From: Gekko japonicus
Taxonomy: Eukaryota
Length of the DNA: 64,000 nucleotides
NCBI RefSeq assembly: GCF_001447785.1
Contig: NW_015171584.1
Location: 152,051-216,050 of the forward strand
Direction: 5' to 3'
Position 1 is the stretch's first letter; each line of letters starts with the position of its first letter. A program made the translations under genes and the position numbers. Positions 1 to 13,600 of the stretch are shown here, one piece after another. A model generated the notes under the pieces. That model ran no database searches. It was given only the letters and a program-made list of their open reading frames with translations, and was not told where the DNA came from.

Positions 1-202
1 GATTGGGGGGGCAAGGCGGGCGACGGAAGGCCGATGCCTCCGTTGCCCGGCCCTCTACAGAATCCACCCCCAAAACCTCCAGGTATTTCCCTCCTTAGAG
101 CTGGCAACCCTACATTCCCCTCAGTGCCTGTTGGTAGGCAACTAAGCTTGGTCCTGTCACCTACTTTGGCCTTTGGGAGAAAACACATTGGGGCCAATCC
201 TG

Positions 203-730
203 ATAGGGTTGCCAACTCCAGATGGGAAATTCCTGGAGACTTGAGGGATGGAGCCTGAAGAGGGTGAGGTTTGAGGAGGGGTGGGACCTCAGACAGGTAC
301 ACTGCCATAGACTCCACCCTCCAAACCAGTCAGTCCCACATAGGGAACCATTGTTGCCAATCTCCAGGTGAGGGCTGGAGAGCACTCAGTATTACAACTG
401 TTCTGCAGAAGGGAGGGCAGAAGTCAGCTGAAGTCAAAGGGGCAGATAATGGTAGGTTGATGGCTAGCTGGGAAGGAGATGGGGTTGCCAACTACATCCT
501 GACAAATTCCTGGGGATTTGAGGGGTGGAGCCTGGAGAGGGTGGGGTTTGCAGAGGGGTGGGACCTCAGACAGGTAGAATGCCATAGACTCCACCCTCCA
601 AACCAGCCATTTTGTCCTGGGTAACAATTGTTGCCAATCTCCAGGTGAGGGCTACAGATTACTCACAATTACAACTGCTCTTCAGGTAGCAGAGATCAGT
701 TCCTCTGGAGAAAACAGTGGACTCTGTCAT
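203..730 (+). mobile_element. Tandem pair of TAGGGTTGCCA-type (hAT-Blackjack-like) MITE copies, ~280-bp period
   Basis: 203-400 is repeated at 481-690. Related copies lie at ~5224-5560, 27125-27369, 53700-53970 and 58297-58510. Confidence 0.65.
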
Positions 731-2470
731 TATACCCTGCTAAGGTCACCACAGCAAATTGACACTGTTTGCCCAAAGCCAGAGCACTGCCCCAGAGCCT
801 CTTTCTAGATCCCGTTGTATTGCTTTCACAACGGGCTTTACTGCTAGTAAATAAATAAATAAATAGGATAGGTTTCAGAGTTTCTATGGATTTCATACTA
901 TAAAAACAGGCAACTAAATGAGAGAATAATACAAGCATTGCATTTTGATTTTACACAATGGCCTTAGACCCACCTGAATTTGAGGTGAAAGTGCTACACC
1001 TAGTCCTAGATACTTCTACAAGTAGTAATTAAAAATCTTGAGCCATTTTTTTCAGTGTATAAATTAGTTGACAGTATTTCCCCCCTGATTTATACTGTTT
1101 ACATACTCCAAAATGCATTTTCCACACTTTATATGTCCAACCGTTCTAGTTCAGTTTGCTTCCCTTCTGTCAATTCAACCTCCATATCTCAATGTGCTGC
1201 TTCTTACACATTAGCAGGATTCATTACTTAATTCTGAACTTCTAGCCTGATCCCTGTAGTTATATTAACTTGGCTCATTTAACATCTTTCTGTAGAGTCC
1301 TTTATCAGGGAAACTGAGCTTCCAGAATGCAAGTTCTGAGACTGTATAAAAACATTACCTCTCACTGGGTCACAGTCAGTGTATGGCATGAATGCATGTA
1401 GAATTACTGTAATCGGAGATATTTCACCAATAAATCATTGTATAATTCCTTAGAATGAGAAATGCTGCATTCTAGGATACATCTATGTATCCGGCATGAA
1501 GGAAGAATTCGCTGACAAGGTTCTCCAACTGTACACTGCTTTTGAGCGGAGTCCTTTGCACATTTCAAACACTAAGTGCAGTCTTTCCATCACCACCTTT
1601 TATTGGCAAAAGCATGATCACCTAGCTTGGTGGTAACACAGGAGGATGAAACTATCACAGATCAGTATGTGAAGCCCTACTAAAATCTATATTACCCCAC
1701 ATGAATCTCAGAAGATAAACAATCCCTTCCCACCAACACAGAGAATACTCAGACTTACTGATGCTGATGTAATATTGCATACGTAGATCCTCCCAAGAAT
1801 AAAAGCTAATATGTAATGTAATTAATTAATATGTAATGCAATTAATCACTTTTCTTCCTTCTTCTTTCATGTCTTTCTTCTCCACCCTTGCATTCTACCC
1901 CAACAAGAACTTCCTTACCTATCTCTGCTCCTTCCCAATAGTTCCAATTTCTTAATACTAAGGTTTACATGTTTGTCTCTGTAGAATTATTTGTATTCTA
2001 CATTGAGGCAGAAAATGTCCCTTGACATTTCTGATAAGTGGTGTTCTAATTTGTAGACAAAGATGAGTCATTTAAGAAATTAAGTTGTACATAAGGGAGT
2101 GAGGCATTAGATACACAACAAAAATAAGCTTTTCAATTCTCAGGAGTCCAGGAAATAACAAATAAACATTTGAAAATCTGTCTCCTTCTTGTTCCTTATC
2201 TGGTTTCTCTATTTCCCCCACTTCATTCTACCAACATTATTAACTACCATCATAATTTATCTCTTCCCTATGCATAACACTTATATGCACTGGGTACATT
2301 TTAGGATGCATGCTTGGTAATATTGAGAGTGAGAGCGAGATCTGAAGCTTGTGATCATTCCGTATTCTAGTTTAAATCAGTAATCATGTAGAGCAGAAGA
2401 GTTTCAGTAATTGCTCTGGAAATGTGGAATAGCCTTCACAAAAATCCAATTGATGACATTCCTCTAGGAG

Positions 2471-2629
2471 CAACGGTGTAGACTTTCCAATTTCCCGGGG
2501 GGGGCTGGGGCTGGGCCAGAGGCATTGCTTTGCTAGGAGCAAGGGTGGCTCCCGGGGGAGGCTGAACACTTTCCTGAAAATTTCGGCGGGGGCTGATGCC
2601 CCGCCGCCCCCACGAAGATTACGCCTATG
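2471..2629. mobile_element. Short hAT-type MITE, 159 bp
   Basis: 8-bp TSD TCTAGGAG (2463-2470, 2630-2637); imperfect TIR; absent from the paralogous duplicated segment (~9710). A partial second copy lies at ~62060-62130. Confidence 0.85.
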
Positions 2630-2835
2630 TCTAGGAGGGCAGTGAAAGTGCATTTCTGCTTATTTGGTACAGGTGCTTGATGCTGGTCACCATTTCTTTC
2701 CATTTCCTTTTGTATTATAATAACCTAGAGACTAATTATGTTGGGATTTTCTTTACACTATTAATCTTCACAAAATCTGGCTTGGTTTCTTGACACTGAT
2801 AGAAAACACAGAGTGAGCAATATTCTACTATCTAA

Positions 2836-2871
2836 TAAATAAATAAATAAATAAATATAAATAAATAAATA
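2836..2871. repeat. (TAAA)n microsatellite
   Basis: Read directly; absent in the paralogous copy at ~9905. Confidence 0.9.
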
Positions 2872-5800
2872 TGTCCAAAAGGCACACAGAGTTTTTCAGT
2901 GTTCCTCTGCATTGCTGTGAGTGCTTCCAATCTCTGACAAGAAAATTCCTGGGGTCACAAGCTCAGTGCAAGAATCAGCCATGAGATTTGGTGGGATAGA
3001 GTGAGGAGGGACAAAGGGAGGGAATTCCCCCTCCCCTAGCAGAAGAGGATGGAAATGTCAGCTACTTGCCTTTACTCACTTTGCTCCCCTTGACCTCCAA
3101 GGTTGTTCCTACATATGAGGCCAAGATCCTAGGAATGATAATTCTAGAAGTCATCAATGCAAAGAAATGTGGGGAAAGCAACACCTTCTGCCAACAGAGT
3201 AGTATGATACTGCCCAATATAGGAATCATTCATTGCTTTGAAACTAGATACACAAACATCTTTTACTGCAGAGGTTGAACGTCATTTTTTTCTTCAAATC
3301 CCAATGCTAATAAAGTTAGGAAATGAAACAAGACCACGGCATGGCTTAAACTAGTTTTCTTTGAATAGTTGATCTATGTCAGAATTATAATATATGCTAA
3401 CATATTTAAAGGGCAGGGTGAGCCAGGCAGCCCAACCATGGATTCCTTTGTTGGGCAGATCCACCCCATGTTTGAATGTGCCCGGCGGCTTTTGCCATTC
3501 TTGTTTATCCTTCCCTGCATATAAAATGGGCTGAGTGGTGCAAAACCTAATCCTGATTTACTGTAAGTCTGCTACCAGATTTGGGAAGATGTTGCTCCTT
3601 CTTAAACCCACCACACTATATGGCCTGTGATGGGTTATTCTAGACACATGCTACCTCAACATCTAGTGCTTCAAGGTGCTTGCCAATAATTTCTACCTAT
3701 CATGAGCAACTTACCCTATCCCTACCACACTAGTGATGACCTAAACAGTAGAACACTAGGCCTATTTAATATATCACCCTCCTCTAGTAATATAACAAAG
3801 CAGGTGAAAAAGGCTCCCACATAGCCAGTCAGGAAAACCCCCAAATTTAATGATTGGCCCCACAATTGGTGTCTGACTAATTCCACAATACCAGCAGGGA
3901 AAGTAGTTGGTTTAGCAGCACGTCAGACAAAAACGTTCCCAAAAAGAGCAAGGAATACTGATATATTCCCAAAATTGTACATTTCTACTGGCTGAATTTG
4001 TTTTAGCTCGTCAGTTTGGCCTTCACTGATAAAGAAGGGTCTGAGGCAAACAGATCCACAGCCATAATGCCATGACTGCCCCCTTCAATGAAAATATGGA
4101 ATTGTCATTGAATATGATATTCTTATTTGACTTTCCCTAATAACTCCTTCAGCCTTGTGAAATTTGGAATGCTGGATTCACAATATTCCTCAGCTCATTA
4201 ACATGGGCCAGCAGCTTCAATCAGGAATTAACTGCAGATGTTAGGGTATGAAGTGTGTTGCTATTTCCAAATGACTTCAGGATAGAAAAGGAGAACGTGT
4301 ATCAAAGATTGCAACCCATTTCTTTGAAGATTAAATAATTTTCTGATTTCAAACTAACTAGTTCACACAGTCCATTAAATATTTGCTTATGAAGTTGCAG
4401 TTATTACAGTCCTATTAGGACTGCTAAAGGAAATATCTCTGGTAAGTTACGAACATGTTTTGCACTTGAAATGTATTTGTTCATGAATGTTTCTCATCAC
4501 CCATGTTATATGTATTTTAAATCCTTTTTTTACATTCTAGCTCCTTTCCCTTTTCCCTTTGTGTTACCCCATTCTTTAAAAAGGGGAAATATATATATAT
4601 TTAAAGACTGCAGCCCATTTCTACAGGGAGTTGAATAGCCAATGGCCATTCTTTTAATATGCTGAGTATCGAGTGAACATTTAGCTAAATTCTAAAGAAA
4701 TTCATCTTGCAGAGCCTCCAAAAGACCAACAAAGTGGAGGATTTTCTGACAAGTTCAGGAAGATCATTTCACAAAGGAGGGGCTACTACAGTAAATAACC
4801 TGGAATAGCCTGTAGGGGTTGCCAGTCTGTCACTGGCAACCCCTGGAAATTACCATACCCAGATGCCAGGACTGGGAATTAGCATCAAAGGGATGAGATG
4901 TTTATGACTTTGACATAGATCTTGCAGGCAACAGTATGTGCTTGCATTGTTCTGGGACTCTGTGTCTAAAAATCTCTGTATTTTTACTATGTATTAGGGA
5001 TGGGCATAGACCGGAACCTGAGCCAACAACTGGGCCGGACTTTGCCCAGTTCTGATTCATGAACCTTGGTTTGCCAACAGAGCCTTCCCCTGAACAATCA
5101 CTGAGCTTCTGCTCAGTTCGGTTGTGGTATGGCTTCCCTTATGTGATGCATGCCACTTCCAAGTGACATTGGGCTGCAGCCCTGATGCACCCTCATCACC
5201 CCTAAGGGTGTGTGGGTGTATAATAGGGGTGCCAGGTCCCTCCTGGCAACCAGTTGGGGGTGTAGAGACTTACCAGGAGAAAGAGAAAGCCCCAGGCCAT
5301 GTCACCCACATCACACTGGAAGTGATATCATCACACCATCAACTCCTAGGTGATGCTCTGGTATTTGGGCAAAAACTCCATGGCAACACTGGTTTTTACC
5401 ATTGAGTTTTTGCCCAAATATCAGAGTGTCACCCAGAAGTCACGGACATTATGACATCACTTCCTGGGTGACATGGGCAATGTGGCCTGGGCTTTCCTCT
5501 TTCTACTGGTAAGTCCCCCACCATTACCAGCCTGCTGATCAGCATCTGACAACACAAGTACATAACTTGGCTAGCCTGCATTGTACTGCAAAGGTTTACT
5601 GCATGGGTTAGTTTCTAAAAAATGAGGATGGGGAGAAAGACAGGCAGTGTGGCTGCAGGGAGATATGAGGTTGGAGCCATGCTAAATTTTCCAGGAGCAG
5701 AATAGAACCTCCACGCCTCTTTCATCCCACTTCAGCCGGCTAATCTCCACAGGGGACCCTGAGGGATTACTTGATGGGAATCACATCATCTCCATTCTCA

Positions 5801-5924
5801 AAGAATTTCCCTTTATGTGCAGGGAGTGAAAGAACACAGAAACATAGACAGCAATAAGAACAAACTTATTGCATTTCCATTGATAGATATGTCATTTTCA
5901 TTCCAAAAAGGGTAGTGATATATA

Positions 5925-6881
5925 TCAAGTCATACAGTGTGTAAATCTCTTCAAGCAGTTTCTTCCAGCCTCCCTGACTTCCTTATTTCTTAGGCTGTAT
6001 ATCAGGGGATTGACCACTGGAGTCAAGATTGTGTAGAAGAGAGAGAAGACTTTCTTCATTTCTCTTAGGTTTCGGGATCTTGGTACCATGTAAACAAGCA
6101 TGATTGATCCATAATACAAGGCAACCACAGTGAGGTGAGAGGAACAGGTGGAGAAAGCCTTTCTCCTCCCAATGGTAGATGCGATTCTAAGGATAGACAC
6201 AATGATGAAAATGTAGGAGGAAAGGGTGAGGAGAAAGGGAGGCAGGGTGAACGCAATAGCACATATGAAAGATGAAAGTTCAAATAAATGGGTGTCACTA
6301 CAGGAGATGTATCTAATGTCAGAACTAATATCACAAAAATAATTGTCTATTTCATTAGGGCCACAGAAGGATAACCAGGATATTTTTAAAGTCAAGCTTG
6401 TACTGACTAAGACTCCGCTGACCCAAGACATGGCTACAAGCTGGAAACACAACCTGCCATTCATAAGAGTAGCATAATGGAGTGGTTTACATATTGCTAA
6501 ATACCTGTCATAAGACATCATGGAGAGGAGGTAGCATTCAGTACCTCCCAGGCATGTGACAATGAAAAATTGTATGAAACAGGCTTTGACAGATATGCTT
6601 CTTTCCCCCATCCAGAGGTTTAGCAACATTTTAGGCAGGATGGTGGAACTATAGAAAATTTCCAAGAAGGACAAGTTTCCCAAGAAGAAGTACATGGGGG
6701 TGTGAAGGTGCTGGACAGTCACAACCAGCACAAAAATGAGGAGGTTCCCAGCCATGGTGGCCAAATAGATCACGAAGAAGAGCAGGAAGAGAAGAATCTG
6801 CACTCTAGGGAGACCTCCAAATCCCAACAGGATAAATTCAGACACTGTTGTTTGATTTTTCTGTTCTCTATTTCCCATCAT
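5925..6881 (-). CDS. Olfactory receptor, class II (family 6/10/11-like), intact, ~318 aa (OR-A)
   Basis: OR motifs [52 protein letters not shown] and an N-terminal N-glycosylation site (NQT). Start placed at ATG 6881 because the upstream part of the ORF reads as a polypyrimidine/AG splice acceptor. Confidence 0.96.
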   Translation of the reverse strand: MMGNREQKNQTTVSEFILLGFGGLPRVQILLFLLFFVIYLATMAGNLLIFVLVVTVQHLHTPMYFFLGNLSFLEIFYSSTILPKMLLNLWMGERSISVKACFIQFFIVTCLGGTECYLLSMMSYDRYLAICKPLHYATLMNGRLCFQLVAMSWVSGVLVSTSLTLKISWLSFCGPNEIDNYFCDISSDIRYISCSDTHLFELSSFICAIAFTLPPFLLTLSSYIFIIVSILRIASTIGRRKAFSTCSSHLTVVALYYGSIMLVYMVPRSRNLREMKKVFSLFYTILTPVVNPLIYSLRNKEVREAGRNCLKRFTHCMT

Positions 6882-8281
6882 CTGCTCCTTGAGGAAACAA
6901 AGCACAACACTTAATACAGTGCAGAACGAAAAGGGTGACAAGTCATTTGACAGCATGTTGCAATCAAAAGAAACTCTCTACAAAGGCATGCCCATACAAC
7001 TTTGTTTAGGCTGTAACCCAACCATAATGTCACCAAGCAGTATATAGAAGGTGGCTATCATTCCTATAAACCAGAGACTACTTATCACTTAGTCACGATA
7101 TTGGAGCTAGGGTTGCTTTAGGTATTGAGGTATAGAGATGGATGAAGAATGACTCTGACCCTAGAAGCAGTGGGGAACTCATATACTTTACTGCAATTGT
7201 TGGGGCTTTAAGGACAAATCCCCTGAATTTTGTAAATTTTCCCACACATTTGATCAAATTTTACTGCAAGAGACTTGGGCTACAGATGAAATTTTTGTCC
7301 ATGTTTTCCCAGAATGTCTATCCCTGCTAGCAAAGATTCCTCTGTAGGTAGACCACAAGCTGCTATCTAATGTTTGATCTCCACTACCTTAGAGGCAAAA
7401 TAGTCTCAGAACCCCCATGGCCCTCATCTTGGCTGCTAAATTTTTGTTGCTTATTATTGTAATATATGTTCTATCATCTCCCAATGTGATGGTACTGGGT
7501 GTTAGCTGGAGTAAACTGGAAACCCTTTGGTTTAAAGAATTAAAACAGCCATGATATTCACTTTCTCTCTAATAAAATATTAACCATTTATCAGTTATAA
7601 TTTTATTTGAATGTCTTACATAGAGTTTAAAATATAAAATAATGCATTTTGATACTGAACCCAACATGTGTGATAGTTAAATAAGACTATTAGTGGAATC
7701 CTAGGTACAGTTTTGGGGGTGTCAGCCTCATGGAATAGACCTGAGTGGAATTCTTAGCAGGATAGGATGCATAGGATAGGTTTCTGAGCTTCTCTGGATT
7801 TCATATTATAAAAACAGGCAACTGAATTAGAGAAGAACACAAGCATTGGATTTTTATTTTACACAATGGCCTTAGACCCATCTGAACTTTAGGTGAAACA
7901 GTGCTACAACTTGTCCCAGATACTTCCAGAAGTAGTTTTTAAAAATCTTGCACCATTTTTTCTTGACAGTATTTTCCCCTTCATTTATACTGTACACATA
8001 CTCCAAAATGCATTTTTCATATTGGATGTGCCCAACCCTTCTAGTTCAGTTCATTTCCCTTCTGTAGATTCAACCTCCATGTCTCAATGTGCTGCTTCTT
8101 ACACGTTAATATCTACTACTGGAAATACTGAATTAATTCCCCAATTGTGAAATACTGGCCTGATACCTATAATTTTCTTACCTTGACCCATTTAGCATCT
8201 TTCTATAGAGTCCTTTATATCTTGGGGTAACTGAGCTTCCAGAATGGCAAGTTCTGAGACTCTGTTACAACACTACCTCTC

Positions 8282-8533
8282 TATAGCTTTAAATTAATTA
8301 TAAAATCAAATTGAAATAGTAAATGATAGAGTTAGAAAATAGATATCTGTTTTAAAAGTTAGATAAGATGGAATGCTGGAAAAGATAGAACAGATATCTT
8401 AACAGAAGTGAAATATTCTAAGTAAATATGAGTAAATTCCTTATAAATATATTAATGGAATATAAATGGTAATAGTTTATATGTTTGTGTGTTTTGTATG
8501 TTTGTAAATGGAAACAAAATTATAAATAAAAAA
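8282..8533 (+). mobile_element. AT-rich LINE (L1/Tx1-like) 3' fragment with AATAAA-polyA
   Basis: Present in only one copy of the duplication; flanked by an imperfect direct repeat ACTAC(C/T)TCTC. Confidence 0.6.
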
Positions 8534-9537
8534 ACTACTACTTCTCCTTGCAAATTGGTTGTCTAAGTATGCTTTATCTGGATCACAGTCAGTGTATGGT
8601 GCAAAATTACTATAATCAGAGATATTTAATCAGTCATTGTATAATAGTTCAATATCAAAATTGCACAAATTAATCATTGTATAATTCCTTAGAATGAGAA
8701 ACATTGAACTCTAGGATGCGTCTATGTATCTGGCATTGAGGAAGAATTCACAGACAAGGTTCTCCAACCAAACACTGGTTTTGAGCAGAGTTCTTTGCAC
8801 ATTTCAGACACTAAGTGCAATCTTTCCACCATCACCTTTTATCTGCAAAAGCACCTAGCTTGGTGGTAGCAAAGGAGGATAAAACCATCACACATCAGTG
8901 TGTGAAGCCCTACTGAAATCCATATCATCCCATATGAATCCTGGGAAATAAAACAATGTGGGTACTTCCCTTTCCCCCAACATACAGGATACTCAGAATT
9001 ATTGATGCAGATGTAATATTGTATGTAGGTCATCGCTGGAAGAAAAGCAAATATGTAACATAATTAATCACGCCTCTTTCTTCTTCTTTCATTTTTTCCT
9101 TCTCTACCCTTGGATTCTACCCTAACAAGTCCTTACCTTTCTTTGCTCCTTCCCAGCAGTTCTATTTCCTTAATACTAAGGTTTACAAGAATCCATGAAA
9201 CATGTCTGTCTCTGTAGAATTATTTGTATTCTATATTAAGGTAGAACATGTCCCTTGACATTTCTAGACAAAGATGAGGCACTGAAGAAATTAAGGTTTA
9301 CATAAGGGAGTGAGGCCTTAGTTACACAACAAAAATAAGCTTTTCAGTTCTCAGCAATCCAGGAAATCACAAGGAAATGTTTGAAAATCTGTCTCTTTCT
9401 TGTTCCTTATCTGGTTTCTCTATTTTCCCCCCTTCATTCGACCAACCTATTATTAACTACCATCATACTTTATCTCTTCCCTATGCATATCACTTATATG
9501 CACTGGGTACATTTTAGGATGTATGCTTGGTAATATT

Positions 9538-9592
<55 letters not shown>
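9538..9592. repeat. (GA)n microsatellite
   Basis: Expanded relative to the paralogous site at 2326-2340. Confidence 0.95.
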
Positions 9593-9597
<5 letters not shown>

Positions 9598-10302
9598 GAT
9601 CATTCCATATTCTAGTTTAAATCTGTAATCATATAGAGCAGAAGAGTTTCAGTAATTGCTCTGGAAATGTGGAATAGCCTTCCCAAAAATCCACTTGATG
9701 ACATCCCTCTAGGAGGAAAGGGCATTTCTGTTTATTTGATATAGGTGCTTGATACTAGTCACCATAGCTTTCCATTTGCTTTTGTAATCTAATAACCTGG
9801 AGGCTAATTATATTGGGGTTTTCTTTACACTACTAATTTTCACAAAATCTGGTATGGTTTCTTGAAGCTGATAGAAAGCAGGGAGTGAGCAATATCCTAC
9901 TATCTATGTCCAGAAGGCACACAGAGTTTTCCAGTGTTACTCTGCATTGCTGCGAGTGCTTCCAATCTCTGACAAGAAAATTCCTGGGGTCACAAGCTCA
10001 GTGCAAGAATCAGCCATGAGATTTGGTGGGATGGAGTGAAGAGGGACAAGGGGAGGGAATTCCCCCCTCCCTTAGCATAAGGGGATGGAAGAGTAATGTC
10101 AGCTTCTGGTCCATACTCACTTTGCTCCCCTCTACTGTCAAAGCTGTTTCTACATGTGGGGTCAAGATCCTAGGAATGATAATTTTAGAAGTTATCTATG
10201 CAAAGAAATGTGGGGAAAGCAACACCTTCTGCAAACAGAGTAGTAGGATACTCCCCGATATATGAAACATTCATTGCTTTGAAGCTAGATACACAAATAT
10301 AT

Positions 10303-10608
10303 TTTGTGTAGTTTGTGTAGTACAGTTTGGTTAAGTGCACAGACTCTAATCTGGGAGAGTCAGTTTTGATTCCCCACTCCTCCACTTGCACCTGCTGGAT
10401 GACCTTGGGCAAGCCATAGTTCTGTCAGAGCTGTCCTTGAAAGAGCAGTTCTTGGAAAAGCTCTCTCTGCCCCACCTACCTCACAGGGTGTCTGTTGAGG
10501 GGAGGGGAAGGGAAAGGAGTTTGTAAGTCACTCTGAGACTCCGAGTGAAAGACGTAGAATAAATCCAATCTCCTCCTCCTCCTTCTCTTCTTCTTCCTCT
10601 TCTTCTTC
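10303..10608 (+). mobile_element. tRNA-derived SINE (Squam3-like)
   Basis: GGTTAAGTG..GACTCTAATCTGGGAGA..TTTGATTCCCCACTCC head; CTT tail; absent in the paralogous duplicated segment. Confidence 0.85.
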
Positions 10609-13600
10609 CAGAGTTCGAACTTCATTTCTTCCCCCAAATCCCAATGCTAATAAAACTATGAAAGGAAGCGAGACCACAGCATGGCTCACATTAGTTTTAT
10701 TTGAATAATTGATCTATGTCAGAATTATTATATATGCTAACATATTTAAAGGGCAGGATGAGCCAGGCAGCCCAACCATGGATTCCTTTGTTGGGCAGAT
10801 CCACCCCAGCTTCAGATTTGCCCAGAAGCTTTCACCATCCTTGTTTATCCTTCCCTTCATATAAAATGTGCTGAGAGGCACAAACCCCAATCCTGATGTA
10901 TTGTAAGGCTGCTGCCAGATTTGGAAAGATACCACTCAGCACCAGGAAGCTCCTTCCTAAACCCAACACAGCCTAAGGCCTGTGATGGGTTGTTCTAGAC
11001 ACCTAATGCTTCAGGGTGCTTGCCATTAATCCCTATTTATCATGAGCAACTCACCTTATCCTCACCACCTTAGTTATGACCTCAACAGTAGAGCGCTAGT
11101 CCTATTTAATATATCACCCTCCTCTAGTGAAATTAACAAAGCAGAGGGAAAGGGCTCCCGCATAGCCAATCAGAAAAACCCTCAAATTTCCTGCTTGGCT
11201 CCACAATTGGTGACTGACTAATCCCACAATACCAGCAGGAAAGGTGGTTGAGTCAGCAGCAGGTGGAAGAAACTTGCCTGAAATGAGCAAGGGATACTGA
11301 TATATCCCCCAGATTGCACCTTCCTATTGGCTGTCTTTGTTTTAGCTCACCAATTTTGCCTTTTATCATTTGATAAAGAAGGGACTGAGGCAAACAGATC
11401 AAAAACCATAACTCCATGAGTGCCCCTTCAATGAAAACATGGAATTGCCCATTGGATATGATATTCTTAACTATTCGACTTTCCCCAATAATTCCTTCAG
11501 ATGAGTGAAATTTGGAGTGATGGATTCCCAATCCTCCTCAGCTCATTAACATGATCCTGCAGCTTCAATCAAGAATTAACTGCAGATTTAGGGTCTGAAG
11601 ATTTCCAAATGGTTTCAGGGTAGAAAATGAGAATGTGAATCAAAGACTGCAGCCTGTTTCTACATGGAGTTGAATGGTCAATGGCTATTCTTTTAATATG
11701 CTTAGTATCAAGGTGAGCAATTAATGCTCTCACTTGACCCCATGAAATGATTGCAAAGCACTTTACAGATAAAACAATTTCAACTGTTGCAACCTGAATT
11801 CTTGAGGAGAAGCAGGGTAATAAAGTCAAAATATTAGATGATTTGAATGATTGGCTGGATTTGTTACTGAGATAGTTGAATGTCAATAAACTGAAACTGA
11901 ATACAGATATGATGAAGGTACTCTCAATTAAAAGCTTTCTGGGTCATGGTCATGTTCATCCTATAGCCTCTCCCTTCCCCATGTCTTCTCTATCTCAAGG
12001 TTCTCCAGCATAGCAAACTATGTCAATCTATCTTTGGTATCTTAAGTCAGAGTCCCTCAGTTAAAGCACACATTACCCAGGAGCTGTCAAAAGGAAGTAG
12101 CTTAGCTGCCATGAGAGCTCATGGGCACATGAATCAAAGTTATTTTTATGTGGTCCTCCAAAAGCTCCTCACATCCTGGCAATGAAAAATGTCCCGTGTT
12201 ACCAGGACAATTATCTACCCTCTCTGAATCTCCCTTACAAAGTATGCTTCACTGGAAAATCTAATCAAGGGCTCAGGAAGGGCTATCTGCCCATCTAACC
12301 ATGATCAGCTAGGATATGGACTACTCTGATAAATCAATTGGTTGCAACTGGACCAATCTCCCCTTCTTGTTATACCATGCCTTACACCATCTAGATGCTA
12401 TCATTTATTCATTTATTTATTCAGTTTCTGAATGTGGGTTACAAGGTTGATTCAAGACAATAAAACTATGAGGGACTTAATATATACTAATAAAATATAT
12501 ACTAATATATACTAATAAAAAGCAATTTCTTCAACCCAACCCATAAACTGATTTAGTTATTTTCCCATTCATTCATAACAAAACCTGTGTAAAGAAATTC
12601 ATCTTGCAGAGCCTCCAAAAGACCAATGAAGCAGAGGATTTTCTGACAAGTTCAGGAAGATCATTTCACAAAGCAGGGGCTACTACAGTGAATGATCTGT
12701 AATTGCCTGTAGGGTTTTCCCAGCCTGTCACTTGCAGCCCCTGGGAATTACCATACCCAGATGTGAGGACTGGGAAATATCATCAAAGAGAAGAGATGGA
12801 TAGACATAGATGTAGCAGGCAACAGTATGCATTTTCATTGTTCTGGTACTCAGTGTCTAAAGATCTCTGTAGTTTTACTATGCATGCTTAGTCAATACTA
12901 CTTACTTGCCAGCTGCTCCACTACTGTACCTTAACACAGTAGTGAAAGGGGGTCCCAAAGTGAAAGGTGGAATGGGAGAATAGTGGGCTCTGTTCATCTC
13001 ATGCATGCACACCTGCTTGATCTATGTTCTAACAGGAAATGCTCTGGCTGACTGAAAGCAGCCTGTCTAGTACTGGGACTTGTCCAAAATTACTGTGGCA
13101 TATACATGAATTATCATAATTTACAGTCTCACAGTGGTGACAGCAAGGAGGCATGCAAAGTTTCCCTAAATCTAGAAATTGTAGGAATGTTTCCCTAACA
13201 TTAGTATGCAGTGCTGGAAAACCAGATAGGGGTTTTGTTAGGCACTCACCACAGTAGTATCCTATAATTTCTGCTGCAATCAGTTTGTACTCTTGGGAGT
13301 AAATAATGTAGAATAAACTCAGAAATCACATGAAAGCACTGAGATGCTGGTCGCCTTCTTGCCACACAAACGAAGCTCAGGGAAGCTCAGGATAGCGCAG
13401 AATCTCTGTCTTACGCAGCATTAGGAAGAAGAAGTTAAGGCTTGATTTCCCCCCATCTTCCCATCCCCCTAGCAATCCCTGTGGCCACACCCAAAAGTGG
13501 ATACTGTGGGAAGGGGAGCCATGTGAAGAAAATGCCATATATCATAGAAGGCTACAATAAGGAACCGGAACTTAATGAAATCACCATGAGTGGAAAGCTC

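Larger units (their letters stand above)
864..4990 (+). repeat. Segmental duplication, copy 1 (paralogous to ~7771-12880)
   Basis: Long collinear near-identical blocks, e.g. 2872-2990 vs 9905-10030 and 3400-3465 vs 10731-10806. Confidence 0.92.
7771..12880 (+). repeat. Segmental duplication, copy 2 (upstream region of OR-A)
   Basis: Collinear with 864-4990 apart from copy-specific insertions. Confidence 0.92.

Noticed and set aside
3340-4300. Possible decayed LINE or hidden exon in the duplicated block (also 10690-11640)
   Set aside because: No reading frame or motif is conserved between the two copies that I can identify.
6882-6956. N-terminal extensions of OR ORFs (also 15283-15321, 23196-23216, 43313-43348)
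   Set aside because: They overlap or abut polypyrimidine/AG splice acceptors, and several use non-ATG starts, so they are likely intron/UTR.
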